Assembly: GCA_029856045.1 (NCBI GenBank)
Contig: JAHQWG010000016.1
Span: 416,001-480,000, forward strand
DNA: 64,000 bases
Direction of reading: 5' to 3'
Source: Promethearchaeia archaeon
GTDB lineage: Archaea; Asgardarchaeota; Lokiarchaeia; Sigyniarchaeales; SOKP01
Part shown: in pieces, positions 59,726-64,000 of the stretch
How the letters are laid out: every line of letters begins with the position of its first letter
How positions within the stretch are numbered: the first letter of the stretch is position 1
Program-made: the position numbers and the translations under genes
The notes under the pieces: generated by a model
Seen by the model: only the letters and a program-made list of their open reading frames with translations
The model's database searches: none
Told to the model about the DNA's origin: nothing

Positions 59726-61030
59726 ATGAGTTTGGAAAAAAAATCTTTAATTTTATTTAATTATTCAAAACCTAATACTTATTCCTATGCTGCTTTAATG
59801 GGCTCATTAGATTCTTTCTCTGATTTTTCTGATAATTTTGAAATAAAAATAATCAACCAAAATTTATTTAAATTTCTTAAAAATGAACAAAATTGGCAGA
59901 ATTATTCCAATTATAAACATATTATTTTATTATATTCACTATTCTCTGAGCAGTTTCTTGGATTTTCAGATAAAATATTTAAAATTAAAAAATTATTTAA
60001 AGAACATATAGAGAAATCACCTATAATAATTGCTGGTGGCCCTCATCCAAGCGCAAGACCTATAGAAGTGTTAAATACAGGCGTAGATATTGTTATTCAG
60101 GGAGAAGGAGAGTATAATTTTCCGAGAATTATAAATTGGATCCATCAAAAAGATTATTTAGATGAATCTTATGATGATTATCGAGGTAAAGGTGGAATAT
60201 ATTATTACTATAATAGCAAATTATGTTCAAAAGAAAGTTCGGAACGTTTAAATTTAGACAATTACTCATCGATATCTTTCAAACACAGATTATTTGGTCC
60301 AGTAGAAATTTCTCGTGGGTGTCCATTCTGTTGTAAATTTTGTCAATATGGAAATTTCTATAACAATATGAAGCATAAATCTATTAAGACAATATTTAAA
60401 ACTATAGAAAAAGCAGTTGAAGTGAAATATGATAAAATATGGTTTCTTTCATCGAATTCTTTTGCTTATGGATCAAAATCTCTAAACCCAAATCCAGGGA
60501 AGGTGAAAGAATTATTAGGTAAACTTTATAAAATTGAAGGTTTAAATGAGATCTATTTTGGTACATTTCCAAGTGAAGTTAGACCTGAATTTGTAACACG
60601 TGAAATTATAGACGCTTGTCTACCATACATTTCAAATAAATATTTTGTTATTGGAGCTCAAACGGCTTCAAATCGATTATTACAATATATTAACCGAGGT
60701 CACACATTTGAAGATGTCTTGAATGCTATAGACATTTTAAAGGAATATGGATTTAATTGTCATCTAGATTTTATTTTTGGACTTCCCTCAGAAACTTCAG
60801 AAGATATTGACAAAAACATCAATTTTTTTAAATATGTTCTTAATAAAAATAATATTAAAATTCATTCACACACTTTTATGCCTTTACCTGGTTCTAAATT
60901 TGAAAATGAGCCCGCCGGAAAAGTTTCAAATCGACTGCAAAAAATTTTGAGACAATTAATTAGTCAGGGTAAGGCATACGGTCAATATCAAAATCAATTG
61001 AAAGTAGGTCAATTGATCGAAAATCTTTAA
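59726..61030 (+). CDS. B12-binding domain/radical SAM protein (TIGR04013-like)
   Basis: GGPHPS, GEGE, EISRGCPFCCKFC, GTFPSEVRP and HTFMPLPG motifs. Confidence 0.9.
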   Translation: MSLEKKSLILFNYSKPNTYSYAALMGSLDSFSDFSDNFEIKIINQNLFKFLKNEQNWQNYSNYKHIILLYSLFSEQFLGFSDKIFKIKKLFKEHIEKSPIIIAGGPHPSARPIEVLNTGVDIVIQGEGEYNFPRIINWIHQKDYLDESYDDYRGKGGIYYYYNSKLCSKESSERLNLDNYSSISFKHRLFGPVEISRGCPFCCKFCQYGNFYNNMKHKSIKTIFKTIEKAVEVKYDKIWFLSSNSFAYGSKSLNPNPGKVKELLGKLYKIEGLNEIYFGTFPSEVRPEFVTREIIDACLPYISNKYFVIGAQTASNRLLQYINRGHTFEDVLNAIDILKEYGFNCHLDFIFGLPSETSEDIDKNINFFKYVLNKNNIKIHSHTFMPLPGSKFENEPAGKVSNRLQKILRQLISQGKAYGQYQNQLKVGQLIENL

Positions 61031-61111
61031 AAAGAATTTATAATGAAAGGTGGAAAATTTATTCTAATATATTGAAAAGCTTTAATAAAATAAAATCTAG
61101 ATTAAATTAAA

Positions 61112-62506
61112 ATGAACAATGAAGTTAGTGTCTCTATAACTACGGGTGATAACCCAAAAGACGCTGTTATAAAAGGGATCAATAATCTTGGTGGGATCTC
61201 TAAATTTATAGAAAAAGACGAAACTGTTTTTATAAAAATTAACTTAACTTCGATTACTGGATTTCCTTCTAATGTTAATTTTAATACACTTATTGAAATA
61301 ATTAAACTTTGTAAAACAGCCGGGGCTAAAAAAGTTTATATTGGCTCATTTCCATATGAAAATCTTTCAATTAAAGATGTTTCTGATGAATTAGGGCTAA
61401 AAGAATTTCTCGAATATTATGGCGGTGAATTAGTTTTTTTAGATAATAGTGATAAATTAAAAATATCAAACGAGGAGAAATTAAAACTTCAGAAAGATAG
61501 TTTTAAGGAGGTTGAGGTTCAAGATTTTATTATTCAGTATCCCAAAATAATCTTAAATATTGATAAATTTATTTGCTTAAATCAAGTAAATGTCCATCCT
61601 TTATTTAATATTCATTTATCTTTATTAAATCTATTTTCATGTATTCCGTTCAAATTTAGGAAAATTTTTGCTAAAGAAAATGCAGAAAAAGATTATATTA
61701 TTACAGATCAATACAAAAAAAAATTGATTTCAAGAATTTTTGATATTTACGATATCAAAAAACCAAATTTAGTAATAAATGATCTTTTCCACTTTATGGA
61801 AGGAGCAGGCCCATTCATTTACAAAGATTCTAAAATTAATCCTTCAAAATATATTGTATGTGGAAATGAAGCAATAGCAACAGACTATACAACATTAAAA
61901 ATTCTAGGACTTAATCCTGAAAAAAATTTCTTAATCTCTCATTGGATTGAAAAAAATATTGGTATTTTAGATTTGGAAAAAATAAATCTCTTGGGTGAAA
62001 ATCTTGAAGAAATTAATTTAACCTTTAAACAGTGTAAAAAAAGAATAGAAGATATTTACGTACAAAAATTTAATATCAAAAAAGGTCAGATTTGTAGTGG
62101 ATGCTTTTTGCAATCATATTATCTATTAAATTTTTTGAAAACTTTTTTGTTAAAAGATTTGAACTATTTACCACAATGCTCGTATCTTTTTGGAGCAAAT
62201 CCATTGGAACCTGATTCGCCTAATAATATAATACTATACGGAGATTGCGCAATAAAGACAACTGAAAAAAGAGAATTTCGAACTATTGAAAAAGAGGGAA
62301 GAGATATAAAGACTCTATTTCTAAAAAAAGCCATTATGGAAAAAAAGAATAAAAGAATTTTAGAAATCCCTGGATGCCCTCCAAATATACAAGACACATT
62401 GAATCGTTTTTTAAAATATTTTAAAAAAAATAATCTTCCTACACTAAATTTCTATATGAAAAAATTGAATAAAACTAAAAAAACAGTTGAATTTGATGAG
62501 TCTTAA
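61112..62506 (+). CDS. DUF362 family Fe-S protein
   Basis: LGGI..FI.....V.IK.N, MEGAGP, CSGC, GDCA and IPGCPP motifs. Confidence 0.8.
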   Translation: MNNEVSVSITTGDNPKDAVIKGINNLGGISKFIEKDETVFIKINLTSITGFPSNVNFNTLIEIIKLCKTAGAKKVYIGSFPYENLSIKDVSDELGLKEFLEYYGGELVFLDNSDKLKISNEEKLKLQKDSFKEVEVQDFIIQYPKIILNIDKFICLNQVNVHPLFNIHLSLLNLFSCIPFKFRKIFAKENAEKDYIITDQYKKKLISRIFDIYDIKKPNLVINDLFHFMEGAGPFIYKDSKINPSKYIVCGNEAIATDYTTLKILGLNPEKNFLISHWIEKNIGILDLEKINLLGENLEEINLTFKQCKKRIEDIYVQKFNIKKGQICSGCFLQSYYLLNFLKTFLLKDLNYLPQCSYLFGANPLEPDSPNNIILYGDCAIKTTEKREFRTIEKEGRDIKTLFLKKAIMEKKNKRILEIPGCPPNIQDTLNRFLKYFKKNNLPTLNFYMKKLNKTKKTVEFDES

Positions 62507-64000
62507 TAAGATATTTAAAGAAAATTGGTTGAAAATTTTAGATTTCAATGCTAAAATTAAAGAAAAAAAGGATTTTGATAAATCTCAAATAAAAGTAAGA
62601 ATTCCGGTCACACCATTAGAAATAGACCTGTCTTTATTATATAAATTAGTTTCACATATTTATCCGGATTTTGTTAATGATAAACAAAATGTTTTAGATA
62701 TTATAATCTCAAATGATCAAAAAAAAATTGAGAAAAGCTATTTACATTTAACTTATAAAAATGGAAATCATTACCAAGTAAAAAAAATTGACTATAATAA
62801 CGGATTCCTTAAAGACCAAAATTTAAATAATTTGGGAGAAATTTTTAACAAATGTCAGAATAATTTAAGGGAGAAAGAAGGTATCACAATTTCTGGGTTA
62901 AGAATTTACACAGAAAAGGCAATAGATAAAATAAATTCATTAACTAGCAACATAAATAGTGTTGATCTAAAAACTTATTTGATTAATCTGTGCCATACAT
63001 TCTATAATCTCATAAATAAAAACATGTTATATATTTATCCTGAACCATCTTTCATGATATTTCTTAAACAATTAGTAAAATTTTTAAATTTTATTGACTC
63101 TAGTAAAATTTTTATCTCCATTTATGAGTTATTCCCTAAATTTAATAGTGGTATATTATTTACTCAAGAAAATTTGCACTTTTTAGTTTTAATTAGGAAA
63201 TCAACTTCGAATTTTGACATTAAATTATTAGATCTTGAAGGTTTTGATTATGATTTTAATACAATAAACCAAAAAACCCTTTTAAAAAAATTATTAAAAA
63301 AATTTAAAATTAAATCTATATACCATTTTAACTTTCAGCAATTTTTATATTATTTAGATGATTTAATTGAGAGTGATATTCCCTTCGAACAGGGACGCTT
63401 TTCATTTCTACTTCAGAAATTACTTTATGCTTATAAAAGCTATGAAATTAATTGGTACTCTTATCCAAGACCAATTATTTATAATTTCTTTATAAAATTC
63501 TTTAGCCGGTTAGTTGGATATAACGTAAATTTAAAAAAATTAAGCTACTGGGCTATTCCAGAATTAATTATTAATGTACAAAATTCAATTTTGGGATTAT
63601 TAAATAAAATTATAATAATTATTACTGATTTTCAATCAATAAAAATAGATAAATCCAAAAAGCAAGAATCTTTAAAAGAAACATTATCAAATGCCTACTT
63701 AATAAAAACATTTAATGGAAAATTAAAAAACATTCAATTACTTAACAAATCCGATGTTATTTCAGAAAATCAAAATAATTCCTTAAAAAATATCAGGAAT
63801 GAAACTTCCTCAAGATTTGGATATATTTCTTCTGTAATTAGTATTGATAAATCATTAATTAAATTAATAATTCAAAATTTCTTGTTAAATCAGCATAGAT
63901 TTAATCCCTTTTCTAATTTAATCACTCTAAGAAAATTTCGAAATCCTCTTTACTTTAATCTTTATCCAAATAGAAAGATATATCTAAATTTAAAGATGAG
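62496..64000 (+). CDS. Hypothetical protein, 3'-truncated by the window edge
   Basis: Not in the ORF track. ATG at 62496 overlaps the DUF362 gene end and reads MSLNKIFKENWLKILDFNAK...VRIPVTPLEID...; the first ~95 codons were checked open and extension to the edge is assumed. Confidence 0.7.
   Translation, partial: MSLNKIFKENWLKILDFNAKIKEKKDFDKSQIKVRIPVTPLEIDLSLLYKLVSHIYPDFVNDKQNVLDIIISNDQKKIEKSYLHLTYKNGNHYQVKKIDYNNGFLKDQNLNNLGEIFNKCQNNLREKEGITISGLRIYTEKAIDKINSLTSNINSVDLKTYLINLCHTFYNLINKNMLYIYPEPSFMIFLKQLVKFLNFIDSSKIFISIYELFPKFNSGILFTQENLHFLVLIRKSTSNFDIKLLDLEGFDYDFNTINQKTLLKKLLKKFKIKSIYHFNFQQFLYYLDDLIESDIPFEQGRFSFLLQKLLYAYKSYEINWYSYPRPIIYNFFIKFFSRLVGYNVNLKKLSYWAIPELIINVQNSILGLLNKIIIIITDFQSIKIDKSKKQESLKETLSNAYLIKTFNGKLKNIQLLNKSDVISENQNNSLKNIRNETSSRFGYISSVISIDKSLIKLIIQNFLLNQHRFNPFSNLITLRKFRNPLYFNLYPNRKIYLNLKM

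Noticed and set aside
53-62397. Numerous short ORFs antisense to or nested in longer genes (for example 53..298, 430..693, 15356..15601, 26141..26635, 50711..51076)
   Set aside because: Shadow ORFs overlapping well-supported genes, with no motifs of their own.
1-64000. tRNA, rRNA, CRISPR arrays, transposases and integrases
   Set aside because: No cloverleaf or GC-rich structural RNA tract, no regularly spaced repeat-spacer array, and no mobility gene was recognised by eye.

Overview
A very AT-rich archaeal chromosomal window. The gene content points to an Asgard archaeon of the Lokiarchaeia type: an archaeal histone, proteasome beta, RIO2, Lsm, two gelsolin-domain proteins, a RING protein, and many Zn-ribbon and membrane hypotheticals. 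Most of it is core or metabolic: the porGDAB operon, thiolase/SCP2, two orphan adenine MTases, glycosylation genes, an ABC transporter, PHI and a radical SAM enzyme. An accessory block lies at about 35.7-52.4 kb. Highlights: (1) an unannotated single-hairpin box H/ACA guide RNA at about 59604-59680, with a K-turn, a 14-nt pocket-to-ACA spacing and a pocket complementary to LSU rRNA around E. coli U2074, which by my recalled numbering is the yeast Psi2416 position; (2) a translationally coupled pair of a circularly permuted ATP-grasp ligase and an M14 carboxypeptidase, a candidate peptide writer/eraser system; (3) a candidate PadR regulon (two BtrH-like papain-fold proteins, DUF3795, GyrI-like, UvrA2/DrrC-like and a QW-repeat protein) split into two blocks whose promoters share a 16-bp-periodic ATATTC-N8-GAATAT operator array, with a decayed uvrA copy marking the break; (4) cytoskeleton, membrane and proteostasis candidates: a gelsolin-like domain fused to TM helices, a two-domain gelsolin with a Zn-finger next to a stand-alone copy of that finger, a tail-anchored 11-mer amphipathic protein, and a RING protein behind a non-catalytic proteasome beta subunit. 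No tRNA, rRNA, CRISPR array or transposase was seen. All family calls come from motif recognition by eye; no searches were run.
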